Positions 1 through 9,991 of a stretch of 32,000 bases of DNA are shown here, in pieces (within the stretch, counting starts at the first letter, position 1; every line of letters begins with the position of its first letter). Origin of the DNA: Candidatus Saccharimonadota bacterium. GTDB lineage: Bacteria; Bacteroidota; Bacteroidia; Cytophagales; Amoebophilaceae. The notes beneath the pieces were generated by a model. The model was given only the letters and a program-made list of their open reading frames with translations. It was not told where the DNA came from and did no database searches. Position numbers and translations under genes: made by a program. The stretch covers positions 1,126,290-1,158,289 of the forward strand of contig NZ_OZ239769.1 in assembly GCF_965196625.1 (NCBI RefSeq), read 5' to 3'.

Positions 1-1918
1 GCCCTTTTATCGATAAATCCGCAAAATTAAATTCAAATTTCTTTTTAGCCGTTCTACTGATGGGCGAAAGTAAAACGATAACGGTTTCTGCCGCACCATT
101 GGGATGCGTACTTAAATAGGCTACCCTAGAACCTGGTGTACCTAAGGTTAAATCATAGGTTTTATCACGTGTAACCGCCAATACTTGAAACCGTTTGGCA
201 AAGGCAATACCAGTGGCACCATCTACATAAATAAGCTGATAAACGCGCTTGTTGTCTTTCTTATCATAAATAGAGACATATATAATATCTTTGCCTATAA
301 AGAGTTTATCTGCTATTTTAGTGATGACATATTTGCCATCTTTACAGACTGCAATGACGTCATCTATATCTGAACAAGCTTCGACGCATTCTTCTCCTTT
401 AAGGCCATAACCTATAAAACCTTCTTTACGATTTACATAAAGCCTGTAATCTTTTACGACTACAGCATGGGGCTCAATAGGGTCAAAGCTGGTTAAAATG
501 GTTTTGCGTTCTCGGCCCTTTCCATATTTCTGAAGCAGACCGCTATACCAGGCTATGGTGTAGTCCTTTAGATGCTGTAAATGATGGGTGGTACGGGCTA
601 AATGGGTTTGAAACTGGGCCAATGTTTCCTGCGCACGTAGGCTATCATATTGTGAAATGCGTTTGATTTTAATCTCTGTTAAGCGGATTAAGTCTTCTTC
701 TACAATAGGTCGATAAAAATCATAGGGCTGTAAATGGTGGGCTATAGTCTTCAATAGCTCCTCCCAGGTGGTACACCCCTCTATCTCTCTATAGATACGG
801 TTTTCAATAAATATTTTCTCCAAACGGGCAAAAAACAACTTCTCTTTTAATGCCTGTTGCTCTAAAAGCAGCTCTTGCTCCAACAAATCAGTTGTACGGG
901 CTACCGTATAGGCCAAGAGCTCATGAACCGTTATAAAAACGGGTTTTTCATCCTGAATGACACAAGCATTAGGCGCATAGCTTACTTCACAATCTGTGAA
1001 AAGATAGAGTGCATCTATAACGGTTTCTGGTAGTTGACCAGGGAGTAAGCTAATGAGAATTTCAATATTTTCTGCTGTGTTATCTACTACATTTTTAATT
1101 TTTATTTTACCTTTCTCATGTGCTTTTAGAATAGAATCAATTAAACTAGTAGTAGTAGTGCCATAGGGTATTTGGGTGATCGCCAATGTATGTTGGTCCT
1201 GGACTGCGATACGGGCGCGTACCCGAACCTTCCCGCCTCTTTTGCCTGCATGGTAATGGGTGCAATCTGCGAACCCACCGGTGGAAAAATCTGGAAATAA
1301 GCTAACAGGCTCCCCATTGAGCAACGCAATAGCGGCCTCTACCAGCTCTATAAAATTATGGGGTAAAATTTTAGTAGCCAACCCTACCGCAATTCCCTCT
1401 ACGCCTTGGGCAAGCAATAGAGGAAATTTAACCGGTAAGGTGCGCGGCTCTTTTTTTCTGCCATCATAAGAAAGCTGCCAGGTGGTAATCTGTGGGCTAT
1501 ATAAAATTTCCTTGCCAAATGGCGCCAAACGGGCTTCTATATAACGGGCAGCAGCGGCACTATCCCCTGTTCGCAAATCGCCCCAATTCCCTTGTGTATC
1601 GATCAATAATTCTTTTTGACCTATCGCTACAATGGCTTCTGTAATAGATGCATCTCCATGGGGATGGTATTGCATGGTTTGCCCTACAATATTGGCTACC
1701 TTATTGTAGCGGCCATCATCAATTAGGTGCATGGCATGTAGAATCCGACGCTGCACAGGCTTAAGGCCATCTTCTATGGCAGGTACGGCACGCTCCAAAA
1801 TTACATAAGAAGCATATTCCAAAAACCATTGCTCATACATTTGCTCCATAGGAGGTACCTCAATGGTTTGCTCATCTGGACCATTCGCGCGATTTGCTGA
1901 GTCGGATGTTTCGTTCAT
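1..1918 (-). CDS. parC: DNA topoisomerase IV subunit A (ParC-type, GyrA/ParC family). The N-terminus is complete and the C-terminus runs off the left window edge.
   Basis: The ORF is absent from the track because it has no in-window stop. Reading the minus strand from the ATG at 1918-1916 gives MNETSDSANRANGPDEQTIEVPPMEQMYEQWFLEYASYVILERAVPAIEDGLKPVQRRILHAM...QYHPHGDASI...GNWG...AAARYIEARL (catalytic Tyr motif) and stays open to position 1. From memory, the DGRYNKVANIVG/YHPHGDASI style fits Bacteroidota ParC better than GyrA. The gene starts 34 bp downstream of ppa on the same strand. Confidence 0.8.
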   Translation of the reverse strand, partial: MNETSDSANRANGPDEQTIEVPPMEQMYEQWFLEYASYVILERAVPAIEDGLKPVQRRILHAMHLIDDGRYNKVANIVGQTMQYHPHGDASITEAIVAIGQKELLIDTQGNWGDLRTGDSAAAARYIEARLAPFGKEILYSPQITTWQLSYDGRKKEPRTLPVKFPLLLAQGVEGIAVGLATKILPHNFIELVEAAIALLNGEPVSLFPDFSTGGFADCTHYHAGKRGGKVRVRARIAVQDQHTLAITQIPYGTTTTSLIDSILKAHEKGKIKIKNVVDNTAENIEILISLLPGQLPETVIDALYLFTDCEVSYAPNACVIQDEKPVFITVHELLAYTVARTTDLLEQELLLEQQALKEKLFFARLEKIFIENRIYREIEGCTTWEELLKTIAHHLQPYDFYRPIVEEDLIRLTEIKIKRISQYDSLRAQETLAQFQTHLARTTHHLQHLKDYTIAWYSGLLQKYGKGRERKTILTSFDPIEPHAVVVKDYRLYVNRKEGFIGYGLKGEECVEACSDIDDVIAVCKDGKYVITKIADKLFIGKDIIYVSIYDKKDNKRVYQLIYVDGATGIAFAKRFQVLAVTRDKTYDLTLGTPGSRVAYLSTHPNGAAETVIVLLSPISRTAKKKFEFNFADLSIKG

Positions 1919-1952
1919 AATTTTCAAAAAAGCAAATCTATTACTCGACTGA

Positions 1953-2474
1953 CTATTTCCTTTGTGCAGCTTCTACTAAAAGTTCCATAGCCTTTTCCTT
2001 GCTTTCAAATCCTTTGACTTTAACCCATTTTGAGGGATCTAAGTCTTTATAATGGCTAAAAAAGTGCATAATGCGTTTTTGCAAAAGCGCATCTAATTGT
2101 TCAATATGGTCAATATGCGCAAACTCAGGTGCTACTTTTTGGATCGGCAATGCAATAATTTTTTCGTCAAAACCAGATTCATCTTCCATCAACAATACGC
2201 CAATAGGTCTAGCTTTAATAACCGCGCCAGCTACAATGGGGTAAGTGGTTGTCACCAACACATCAGCAGGATCACCATCTCCAGAAAGGGTATGGGGCAC
2301 AAACCCATAGTTACAAGGATAATACATAGCAGTTGGCATAAATCTATCTACAAATAAAGCGCCAGACGACTTGTCCATTTCATATTTTACAGGATCATGA
2401 TGCATTGGAATTTCAATGATGACATGTAGCTGATTGGGAAAATCGTCTCCCAGTGATATCTTTTCTATGTTCAT
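1953..2474 (-). CDS. ppa: Inorganic pyrophosphatase (family I)
   Basis: 173 aa. The stretch IIEIPMHHDPVKYEMDKSSGALFVDRFMPTAMYYPCNYGFVPHTLSGDGDPADVLV closely parallels E. coli PPase. Confidence 0.93.
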   Translation of the reverse strand: MNIEKISLGDDFPNQLHVIIEIPMHHDPVKYEMDKSSGALFVDRFMPTAMYYPCNYGFVPHTLSGDGDPADVLVTTTYPIVAGAVIKARPIGVLLMEDESGFDEKIIALPIQKVAPEFAHIDHIEQLDALLQKRIMHFFSHYKDLDPSKWVKVKGFESKEKAMELLVEAAQRK

Positions 2475-2664
2475 ACGCTTTTAAGTTTAAATAAATAAAT
2501 TAGGAATATCGAGATTAGATGGCTGATCTAATAGACCTTTTGCATATCCTAGTAACAAACCTAAGCTTATGCTTGGATTTTTCCTATTAGAGCAAGCTAG
2601 ATAGGTTCCAATAAATTATCTATCTTTATCCTTCTATTCTAATATATCACACAACCCGAAACGT

Positions 2665-3564
2665 ATGGTACAGGCCGCAATAGATTCCACTGCACCATTG
2701 ATTGGTGTCCATACCTCTACCCAAGAGGGGCTCCACAATGCGTTGCGCCATGGTGCCGAAATAGATGCAAATACGATACAGCTTTTTACCAGCAATCAAC
2801 GCCAATGGGCAGGTAGACCATTGAACAAAGCAACATTAGATCAATGGCATGATACGCTAGAGGCTACCTCTATGCAACAAATCATGAGCCATGCGAGTTA
2901 TTTGATTAACCTGGGTTCTAATAAGGAGGCCTTATTAGCGCAAAGCCGTGCAGCTTTTGTAGAAGAAATAACACGTTGTTTCGCTTTAAAAATTAGTTAT
3001 TTAAACTTTCACCCAGGCGCTGCAACGGGTGATGCTGCAGTAGTGTGTTTAGACCGGATTGTGCAAAGCCTACAGGCACTTGAGCCACTTTTTCAAGAAA
3101 AAACGACTTTACGTTTGCTAATAGAAACTACTGCAGGTCAAGGCTCTACAGTTGGCCATTCTTTTGAGCAATTGGCCTATATCATCGAGCGGGTCAAGGC
3201 GGTAATCCCGATTGGGGTTTGTATAGATACTTGCCATATCTTCGCAGCAGGATATGACATCCGTACATTGGATGGGTGGGAGGATACATTGGCCCAATTT
3301 GAATCAACCATTAGCCTAAACCACCTCTACGCCTTACATGTAAATGACTCAATGATGCCCCTTGGCTCAAAAAAGGACCGACATGCCAATTTAGGAGATG
3401 GAGAAATAGGCATGGCTTGTTTTCAAACGATTATGCAACATCCAAAACTCCGCATGATTCCTAAATACTTAGAAACGCCTAATGGTACAACCATGTGGGC
3501 AAAAGAAATAGAACGCTTGCGCAGATTTTACTTTGCAGCTGAATCCAATAGACCTCTTGCATAA
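2665..3564 (+). CDS. nfo: Endonuclease IV (deoxyribonuclease IV, AP endonuclease)
   Basis: 299 aa. The metal-ligand motifs all appear intact: HASYLINL, NFHPG, ETTAGQG, CIDTCHIFAAGYD, HVNDS, DRHANLGDGEIG, ETP. Confidence 0.92.
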   Translation: MVQAAIDSTAPLIGVHTSTQEGLHNALRHGAEIDANTIQLFTSNQRQWAGRPLNKATLDQWHDTLEATSMQQIMSHASYLINLGSNKEALLAQSRAAFVEEITRCFALKISYLNFHPGAATGDAAVVCLDRIVQSLQALEPLFQEKTTLRLLIETTAGQGSTVGHSFEQLAYIIERVKAVIPIGVCIDTCHIFAAGYDIRTLDGWEDTLAQFESTISLNHLYALHVNDSMMPLGSKKDRHANLGDGEIGMACFQTIMQHPKLRMIPKYLETPNGTTMWAKEIERLRRFYFAAESNRPLA

Positions 3565-3695
3565 GCTATTTATGATCAGCAATTTTTAGGAGAGACGCAG
3601 TCGAGCACCGCAGAATACTAAATGTATTTGAGGAGCGTAGACAAGCTTCGACACCAAAATGGCCATTAGAAATAGGTTATGTAAGAGGTCCAATA

Positions 3696-4292
3696 TCACC
3701 TAAACAACCTATAATCTATACCTATGGTTGCAAAACCCAAATGTATGCCATGATTTTTAAAAATCTTATCTAGAAAAAAGCAACAAGCCCCATTGAGCGA
3801 GATCTTTGGAGAGATTAGATACTTTACATTCAACTCTAAAGCGTAAAAATAGATTAGCCCACAAGAGAGATGCCACTGACTATTAGCCCAATAGCCCAGC
3901 TGTAGGGAGGTCATAGGTAAAAACAGCGCTAAATTATAAGGAATTTTAATATGGATTTTAAAAAAATCTATATGAAAATCAGTTGGTTTATCTGCCATAA
4001 ACATATCTGGTAAAAATAGCCCCCATAACAATCCAGCAGAAAATGTATACCGTTTACAAAATAGCTTTTCCCACCTTATACCTATGGTAGCTACACACCC
4101 GATCCATCCATTATGGTTTGCGGCAGTTTCAGCTTTAGGTTTCCAGTGCGTTCCTATGCCAATCGGTATAGACCATATGCCCTTATGAGATGATGTAGGA
4201 GCAGTTTTAGCAGGCAATGGCACTTTAAACCCTGTAAGGAATAGCGTGGCTAATATAGCAAATAAAAATTTTGGTAAAGTATGGGCTTGCAT
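3696..4292 (-). CDS. Hypothetical exported protein, possibly an outer-membrane beta-barrel. Function unknown.
   Basis: 198 aa. It has an N-terminal hydrophobic signal-like segment (FLFAILATLFLTGF), an aromatic/Gly-rich alternating pattern, and a C-terminal ...GIDYRLFR. I recognised no family motif confidently. Confidence 0.5.
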   Translation of the reverse strand: MQAHTLPKFLFAILATLFLTGFKVPLPAKTAPTSSHKGIWSIPIGIGTHWKPKAETAANHNGWIGCVATIGIRWEKLFCKRYTFSAGLLWGLFLPDMFMADKPTDFHIDFFKIHIKIPYNLALFLPMTSLQLGYWANSQWHLSCGLIYFYALELNVKYLISPKISLNGACCFFLDKIFKNHGIHLGFATIGIDYRLFR

Positions 4293-4316
4293 CTCATTTA
4301 ATTTAATATTAATTGG

Positions 4317-4919
4317 TTAATAGTTTACAGGATGTGGCTGCAGTGCTTTTTTAATAAGTTCCTCCAAAGTAAGTGGGGTTACTACCTCCTCCCTTACCAT
4401 TGCAATCGCTTTTTCTGCAACTTTTTGGGTAAGCCCTAATTTGGTTAAAGCCATTATGGCATCTTGATCTACTTTATTTTCGGCTGGCTGTGGTAAAACG
4501 GTATCCTGGAGCCCATCCAACTTTTGCGCTTTATCTGAAAGTTCAAGTATCAATCGCTGGGCAGCTTTTGCGCCAACCCCCTTAATGGAAGTAAGTAAGC
4601 GCGCATCCTTACTAAGAATAGCCTTATGTAAGGCTGCTGGCGTCAGGGACGATAAGATGGTTAAAGCCGTTTTCGGACCAATGCTACTCACAGAAATAAG
4701 ATGGAGCCACCATAACTTTTCTTCCAACGTATAAAAGCCATAAAGGGTAACCGCCTCGCTTTTTAGCTGCATAACCGTTAATACGGTACAATGATCTAAC
4801 GCTTTTATTTGATCAAAGGTATGCAAAGAAATATGTAAGCCATAACCGACCCCTCCTACATCTAAAATAATATACGTTGGCTCCTTATGGAGCAGTTTTC
4901 CTATAAGTTGCGCAATCAT
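4317..4919 (-). CDS. ruvA: Holliday junction branch migration complex subunit RuvA
   Basis: 200 aa. The N-terminus MIAQLIGKL..ILDVGGVGYGLHISLHTF is typical, followed by HhH regions (IKGVGAKAAQRLILEL) and a C-terminal domain III. Confidence 0.92.
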   Translation of the reverse strand: MIAQLIGKLLHKEPTYIILDVGGVGYGLHISLHTFDQIKALDHCTVLTVMQLKSEAVTLYGFYTLEEKLWWLHLISVSSIGPKTALTILSSLTPAALHKAILSKDARLLTSIKGVGAKAAQRLILELSDKAQKLDGLQDTVLPQPAENKVDQDAIMALTKLGLTQKVAEKAIAMVREEVVTPLTLEELIKKALQPHPVNY

Positions 4920-4975
4920 AAAAGGAATTTATATGCCTTAAGCCCCTACCATTGGCCCATTCAAGTCGATAGCAT

Positions 4976-6766
4976 CTACTTCTTTTTCTTATTATTGGCC
5001 TCAATTGTGGAAGCAATCCTAGATTGAAAAGAAAGCTTACCACGCTGCTTCACCTTTTGTTGCCTATGCATCAACTTGTCTTTAATGCTATCTACATTCA
5101 CCCAATAATTTATAAGTTTCTGCTGCAAGAAAGTCATAACATTAGAGATACAATAGTAAAAGCTTAAACCAGCCGGAAATGTGTTTAAGACAAACATAAA
5201 AGCAAAAGGCATAATATAGGATAATCCCTTCATAGGGCCATCCTTTGGACCACTTTGGTTGCTAGACCGGGTATATAAAATGGTTGATAAAACCATTAAC
5301 AAGGTAAATAAGCTCACATGATTGCCATAGATAGGTATCGTAAAAGGAAGACGCATCACGCTATCATAGGTTGATAAATCATCTGCCCATAAAAAAGAGG
5401 CTTGCCGCAATGCAATGGCATGCGGAAAAAAATGAAACATAGCCATCAGAATAGGCATTTGGAGCAAAATAGGCATACAACCACTCAATGGGTTAATACC
5501 AAATTCTCTATAAAAGGCGACCTGCTCGATCTGTGCTTTTTGCAAGTCGTTTTTATATTTTTCTTTTATCTTATCCAACTCTGGCTTTAGGAACTGCATT
5601 TTAGCCATAGAGGTGAAAGAGCGATAGGAAAGTGGCATCAAAAGCAACTTAATGATAATTACCAACAAGAAAATGACCAACCCATAATTAGAAATATACT
5701 TTTCCAAAAAAGAAAAGAGTGGAATAATAACGCCCTGATTGACCCACTTGACAACCGGCCACCCTAAAGGTAAATTTTGCTCAAATCCTTTTGTAACCTT
5801 TTTAAGTATTTTATAATCATTAGGCCCAAAGAAAAAAATGAATTTACCATGGCCAGCTGCTTGATCTTTTACAGATAGTGGAAGCGATAAATGAACGGAC
5901 TTGGTCACATCAGACGAAATAACTGGCTCCATAGAGAGGTCCCCTGCCGCAAAAGCATCATCAGCAATAATAGCAGAAGTAAAAAAGCGCTGCTTGATAC
6001 CAACCCATTTGATAGGAGCTGCTATTTTCTTCTTTTCAACCTCTGTTGAGGATTCTTTTAGCTTATCAAAAGTCTGATCCAATAAATAATAATGCACCGT
6101 ACTTCTAGAAGCATCTGCTTTATAATCAGCCTCTAAACTTTTCATATCTATATTCCAGCAGAAAACAGGTTGAGCGGTTTTGTTGAAATAAGCCTCCATG
6201 CCAACCGCATGCCAATCATAGTTGATTTGATAGCCATTTCCAGAAAAAACAAAAACATGCTCCAAATATTGAGATGGATTCAATACCAGTCGAAAAACGA
6301 TCTTAGCCGCTTGCGTCTCTTTGAGTATATAAGCAGACTTAGCTTCGGTTTCAAAATATAAAGCCTTAGTCTCTATAAGTAGATTTTGATGGAGCAAAGA
6401 AAGGCCCATATTACTGCTTTGCTCATCCAACAAGCATAATGGCTCCCCATGCTTATCCTTGTATTTTTTTAGTATCACCCTTTTTATGGCACCACCTTTT
6501 GTACTAAGTACTACTTTAAGTAATGCATTTTCAACTGTTATATACTTTTCTTCTCCCTGAAGCAAAGCAGCAAAAGGGGAAACCACCACTGAGCTAGATC
6601 CATGGGTTAGATCCAATGGCGCTACGGTCTGACCCGTAGTAGGCGGAGACACAACAACAGATTGCGGGTTTAATTTAGGTTTAAATATATAAAAATAAAC
6701 CATAAAACCTGCTGATATCAAGAACAATCGAACAAGTTTGTTTTTATCTAAAACCATATAGCACAA
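4976..6766 (-). CDS. yidC: Membrane protein insertase YidC (long Bacteroidota/Gram-negative type)
   Basis: 596 aa. It has an N-terminal TM, a large periplasmic domain and a C-terminal 60-kDa IMP core (PLSYRSFTSMAKMQFLKPELDKIKEKYKND..FGINPLSGCMPILLQMPILMAMF). The true start may be the ATG at 6757 (MVLDKNK...). Confidence 0.92.
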   Translation of the reverse strand: MCYMVLDKNKLVRLFLISAGFMVYFYIFKPKLNPQSVVVSPPTTGQTVAPLDLTHGSSSVVVSPFAALLQGEEKYITVENALLKVVLSTKGGAIKRVILKKYKDKHGEPLCLLDEQSSNMGLSLLHQNLLIETKALYFETEAKSAYILKETQAAKIVFRLVLNPSQYLEHVFVFSGNGYQINYDWHAVGMEAYFNKTAQPVFCWNIDMKSLEADYKADASRSTVHYYLLDQTFDKLKESSTEVEKKKIAAPIKWVGIKQRFFTSAIIADDAFAAGDLSMEPVISSDVTKSVHLSLPLSVKDQAAGHGKFIFFFGPNDYKILKKVTKGFEQNLPLGWPVVKWVNQGVIIPLFSFLEKYISNYGLVIFLLVIIIKLLLMPLSYRSFTSMAKMQFLKPELDKIKEKYKNDLQKAQIEQVAFYREFGINPLSGCMPILLQMPILMAMFHFFPHAIALRQASFLWADDLSTYDSVMRLPFTIPIYGNHVSLFTLLMVLSTILYTRSSNQSGPKDGPMKGLSYIMPFAFMFVLNTFPAGLSFYYCISNVMTFLQQKLINYWVNVDSIKDKLMHRQQKVKQRGKLSFQSRIASTIEANNKKKK

Positions 6767-7050
6767 AGAAAAATTTAGGAAAATAAAATTTAAGCAATAA
6801 AGTTATGGCTGAACCATAATACTTTTTATTAAAGATAAAGATGAACAAATATAGGTATTCTTTATAAGAATATTATTACAGCCGTTACAAATTAACAGCT
6901 TGCATAGATAGCAGCTTAAGCATGATAAGACTATTTTTATAAAATATAATTTTTTATTTTATAGGAGATTTTTTTTCAAAATGAATAAATATTGCGAAAC
7001 AAGTGTACTATTTAGTCGATAATGGGTAACCCAATTAAAGCATTTTAAAT

Positions 7051-7650
7051 ATGATGCGGCTACATAAACCACCACCATCTGAATACAAAGACTATCACCA
7101 TATAGCTGGCTGCGATCACGCAGGGACGGGTGCAATAGCAGGTCCTATTGTTGGCGCAGCTGTAATACTACCGAATGCGTTTTATCATGAAGCATTATAC
7201 AATAATAAAAGGCGCACTACTGCTTTGCCGATTCATTTATATAGCATGATTCAACAGCATGCCATTTCATGGAGCATCGCCATGGTAGACCATGAAGAAA
7301 TTAACCGAAATGGCGTGCCAAATTCCGCTCAACTTGCCATACATAACGCACTTGATCAATTAAAAACATTACCAAACCTATTATTAGTTGCAGGACGCTC
7401 TTTTGATAGATACAAAGCGATTCCACACCAATGCATTCCACAAGGGGATAAAATATATGCGGCCATTGCTGCAGCCAATATACTCGCCAAGATGTATAGG
7501 GATCGTTATATGGAAAAACTAGACAAAGATTTTCCTGCATATGGCTGGAAAAAAAACAAAGGATATGCAACGCCAGCGCATAAACAAATTATTAAACAAT
7601 TTGGCACTACGCTATACCATCGAAAAAGCTTTGATGGCAAAGAAAAGTAA
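7051..7650 (+). CDS. rnhB: Ribonuclease HII family protein with a substituted active site (see findings)
   Basis: 199 aa. The family architecture is clear: IAGCDHAGTGAIAGPIVGAAVIL, GDKIYAAIAAANILAKMYRD, FPAYGWKKNKGYATPAHKQ..YHRKSF. However, the canonical DE-AGRG reads DH-AGTG and the VDG aspartate reads VAG. Confidence 0.85.
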   Translation: MMRLHKPPPSEYKDYHHIAGCDHAGTGAIAGPIVGAAVILPNAFYHEALYNNKRRTTALPIHLYSMIQQHAISWSIAMVDHEEINRNGVPNSAQLAIHNALDQLKTLPNLLLVAGRSFDRYKAIPHQCIPQGDKIYAAIAAANILAKMYRDRYMEKLDKDFPAYGWKKNKGYATPAHKQIIKQFGTTLYHRKSFDGKEK

Positions 7651-7670
7651 GCTTCTAGGATCATAGTATT

Positions 7671-9716
7671 ATGTCAAGCGCGACTGCTCTGCCTCTATTT
7701 CGCCTAGTATTGGTCTATATAAGTGGGGTGCTATGGGCCATATACTACCCAGCAGACCTTTGCATAACACTTATCCTATTGCTGATCCTGAGTCTGTTGT
7801 ATTGGTCTATACCATCCAGTACGGCTGCCTTTGCATGGCGTAACCCCATCGGACTACTACTGATTTGTTTAGCAGGGCATAGCAACCTATTGTTGCAATT
7901 GGCACAACAAAAGCAAACAGCTGAATGGATCCATAAGTATGTAGCGGGTTATAGGGTATGCATCGAAAAGGTCTACCATCCATTTAGCTGCAAAGCGCTG
8001 ATAACCAATATAAAAGACGACTCAGGTTGGTACAACAGTAGCACATTGATTCAACTATACCTTTCTAAAAAATGTGGCTATAAGCCCCAAAAGGGAGATA
8101 GCCTATTGATTCGCGGTGCACCGACACAGATCTTACCATCTAAAAAAACGCCACCAAAAGATCGGTTGAGCGCCTTACATCACCCCGCTACACATCGCCA
8201 CTTTTTAAAACAAATCGACCAAGATTTTATCTTCCTTGAGCCATTCCATAAAAGCAAAAAATGGGCTAAAAGGATTGCGCATTGGTGCAGTGTAACCCTC
8301 CAAAAACAGCTAAAATGCAAAGAAGCGATGGCTTTAGTGGCCACACTGCTATGGGGCGCCAAAGAGCACTTAGATCCGAATCTGCAAAAAGCCTACGCCG
8401 ATACAGGCACCATTTATGTATTGGCCATTTCTGGTTTACATGTAGGCATGTTTTACCTACTTATAAAAGCTGTTTGTAGCTTTCTTTTTAGAAGGATAGG
8501 ATGCTTGATCTTACCAGAGCTTTTTACCCTCATTTGGCTTTGGCTATATGCTGGACTCTGCCATTTTGCACCACCCATACTACGCGCAACGATGATGATC
8601 ACTATAGCTAGGTTAGGCTTTCTAATGGGTAGAGGCTCCAACCCTTACAATGGATGGTTTGCCTCTGCTTTTGCACTATTGCTATGGAACCCATTGTTAT
8701 TATTTAACTGCGGGTTTCAACTTTCCTACGTAGCAACCCTAGGTATACTGTATCTACAACCCCCTCTCCATCGCCTCATAACGCCTCAAAATTATTGGCT
8801 AGAGAAAATCTGGACCGCTACTACCCTATCGATCGCTGCACAAGTCAGCACCCTCCCACTGATCCTATATTACTTTAAACAGTTTCCGCTCTATTTTATC
8901 ATTGCCAATTGGTTTGTTGTGCCTGCTATCTTTATGATGCTCATGCTGAGCCTAGCATTGTTAGTGGGCAGCCATTTGCCTATAATAGGCACACTGCTGG
9001 GTTTTATGCTTGAAAAATTAATCTTAGCCACCAATGGGTGGGTCTACTGGGTGACAAAATGGCCCATAAGCACTCTATCAGCTTGCTGTATAAATGGGCA
9101 CTCCGTCTGTTTGCTATATATTGTACTCCTTGCAGCCAGCCTTTTCTTTCAATATAAAAACCTTATCTACCCTGTTATCATCAGCTTATGTACTTTATTT
9201 TACGCTATAAACCAAATAAAAATTACAATAACCAACCAAAAAAAATGTAAGATGATCTGCTACAACAACCAGCAACTATCTTTTACTTTAAAAGATGGTA
9301 TAGAAACTTTAAGCTGTAATGGATCGCTTGGGCCATCTATTGATAAGGGACATCATGACACATCATCCAACAGAATGCAAGACTATGCTGGAGGCATCAT
9401 AGCCACTTGGCATCAAAAAGTGATCCTCACGATGCATAAGATTCCACCTGATTGGTACCAATGGAAAAGTGCTAAACTCGATGTAGACTACCTGCTTATA
9501 GATGAAAAATGGCTGGATGATATAGCAGTTATTTGCAAAGCATTGACCATTAAAACCTTGGTAATCTATACCAAGGAAGTCTACCCATTATACTACCATC
9601 CAAAAATTAAAAAACGAGGGATAACATGCATTTGGCTGAAGCCAGGTTCAGACAAAGTCTTTACCTGGCTTTACAAGCATACGGGAAGTCAAAGCTTCAC
9701 CACAGTACTAAACTAA
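7671..9716 (+). CDS. comEC: ComEC/Rec2 family competence (DNA internalisation) membrane protein
   Basis: 681 aa and polytopic. It carries the Competence-domain signature YADTGTIYVLAISGLHVGMF and many TM segments. The C-terminal ~190 aa lack an obvious HxHxDH metallo-beta-lactamase motif. Confidence 0.85.
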   Translation: MSSATALPLFRLVLVYISGVLWAIYYPADLCITLILLLILSLLYWSIPSSTAAFAWRNPIGLLLICLAGHSNLLLQLAQQKQTAEWIHKYVAGYRVCIEKVYHPFSCKALITNIKDDSGWYNSSTLIQLYLSKKCGYKPQKGDSLLIRGAPTQILPSKKTPPKDRLSALHHPATHRHFLKQIDQDFIFLEPFHKSKKWAKRIAHWCSVTLQKQLKCKEAMALVATLLWGAKEHLDPNLQKAYADTGTIYVLAISGLHVGMFYLLIKAVCSFLFRRIGCLILPELFTLIWLWLYAGLCHFAPPILRATMMITIARLGFLMGRGSNPYNGWFASAFALLLWNPLLLFNCGFQLSYVATLGILYLQPPLHRLITPQNYWLEKIWTATTLSIAAQVSTLPLILYYFKQFPLYFIIANWFVVPAIFMMLMLSLALLVGSHLPIIGTLLGFMLEKLILATNGWVYWVTKWPISTLSACCINGHSVCLLYIVLLAASLFFQYKNLIYPVIISLCTLFYAINQIKITITNQKKCKMICYNNQQLSFTLKDGIETLSCNGSLGPSIDKGHHDTSSNRMQDYAGGIIATWHQKVILTMHKIPPDWYQWKSAKLDVDYLLIDEKWLDDIAVICKALTIKTLVIYTKEVYPLYYHPKIKKRGITCIWLKPGSDKVFTWLYKHTGSQSFTTVLN

Positions 9717-9991
9717 AGGAAGTAGAATGTAATCCATTCAAACAATTAATTTATAAATGTGAATACGCAAGCTTAAGAAGTTTTCTGATAAAAAAAACAA
9801 ATAAACTAACGGTATCTGTTCAATTCAGTGGTAAAAGGAAGCAGGGATGGTCTGTCTAAAGCGTATTAAAATAAGACTGAAAATCAATAAATAATAAAAT
9901 TTATACTTCCATAACAGCAAAAATAACCCGAGAAGAATAGCAAAAATTTTACTGCCTTCCTATTGCAACGGTCTCAATATGTACACCCTTT

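Noticed and set aside
185-1469. Track ORFs 185-373 (+), 1141-1329 (-) and 1260-1469 (+)
   Set aside because: All three lie inside the long open minus-strand ParC reading frame (1-1918), either in other frames or on the other strand. Their sequences are low-complexity or non-homologous, so they are spurious.
2556-2563. CAAACCTA (TAGGTTTG on the minus strand), an exact TAnnTTTG -7 box about 80 nt upstream of ppa
   Set aside because: This is a single 8-mer match in an AT-rich divergent promoter region with no convincing -33 element nearby. I consider it too weak to annotate as a promoter.
3565-3695. Imperfect direct repeats GGAGAGACGCAGTCGAGCACC / GGAGCGTAGACAAGCTTCGACACC flanking a weak AATAC-N5-GTATT hairpin, between the convergent nfo and exported-protein genes
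   Set aside because: The similarity is short and gapped, the hairpin is only 5 bp, and there is no second copy elsewhere in the window. I treated it as an ordinary convergent spacer, possibly a weak terminator.
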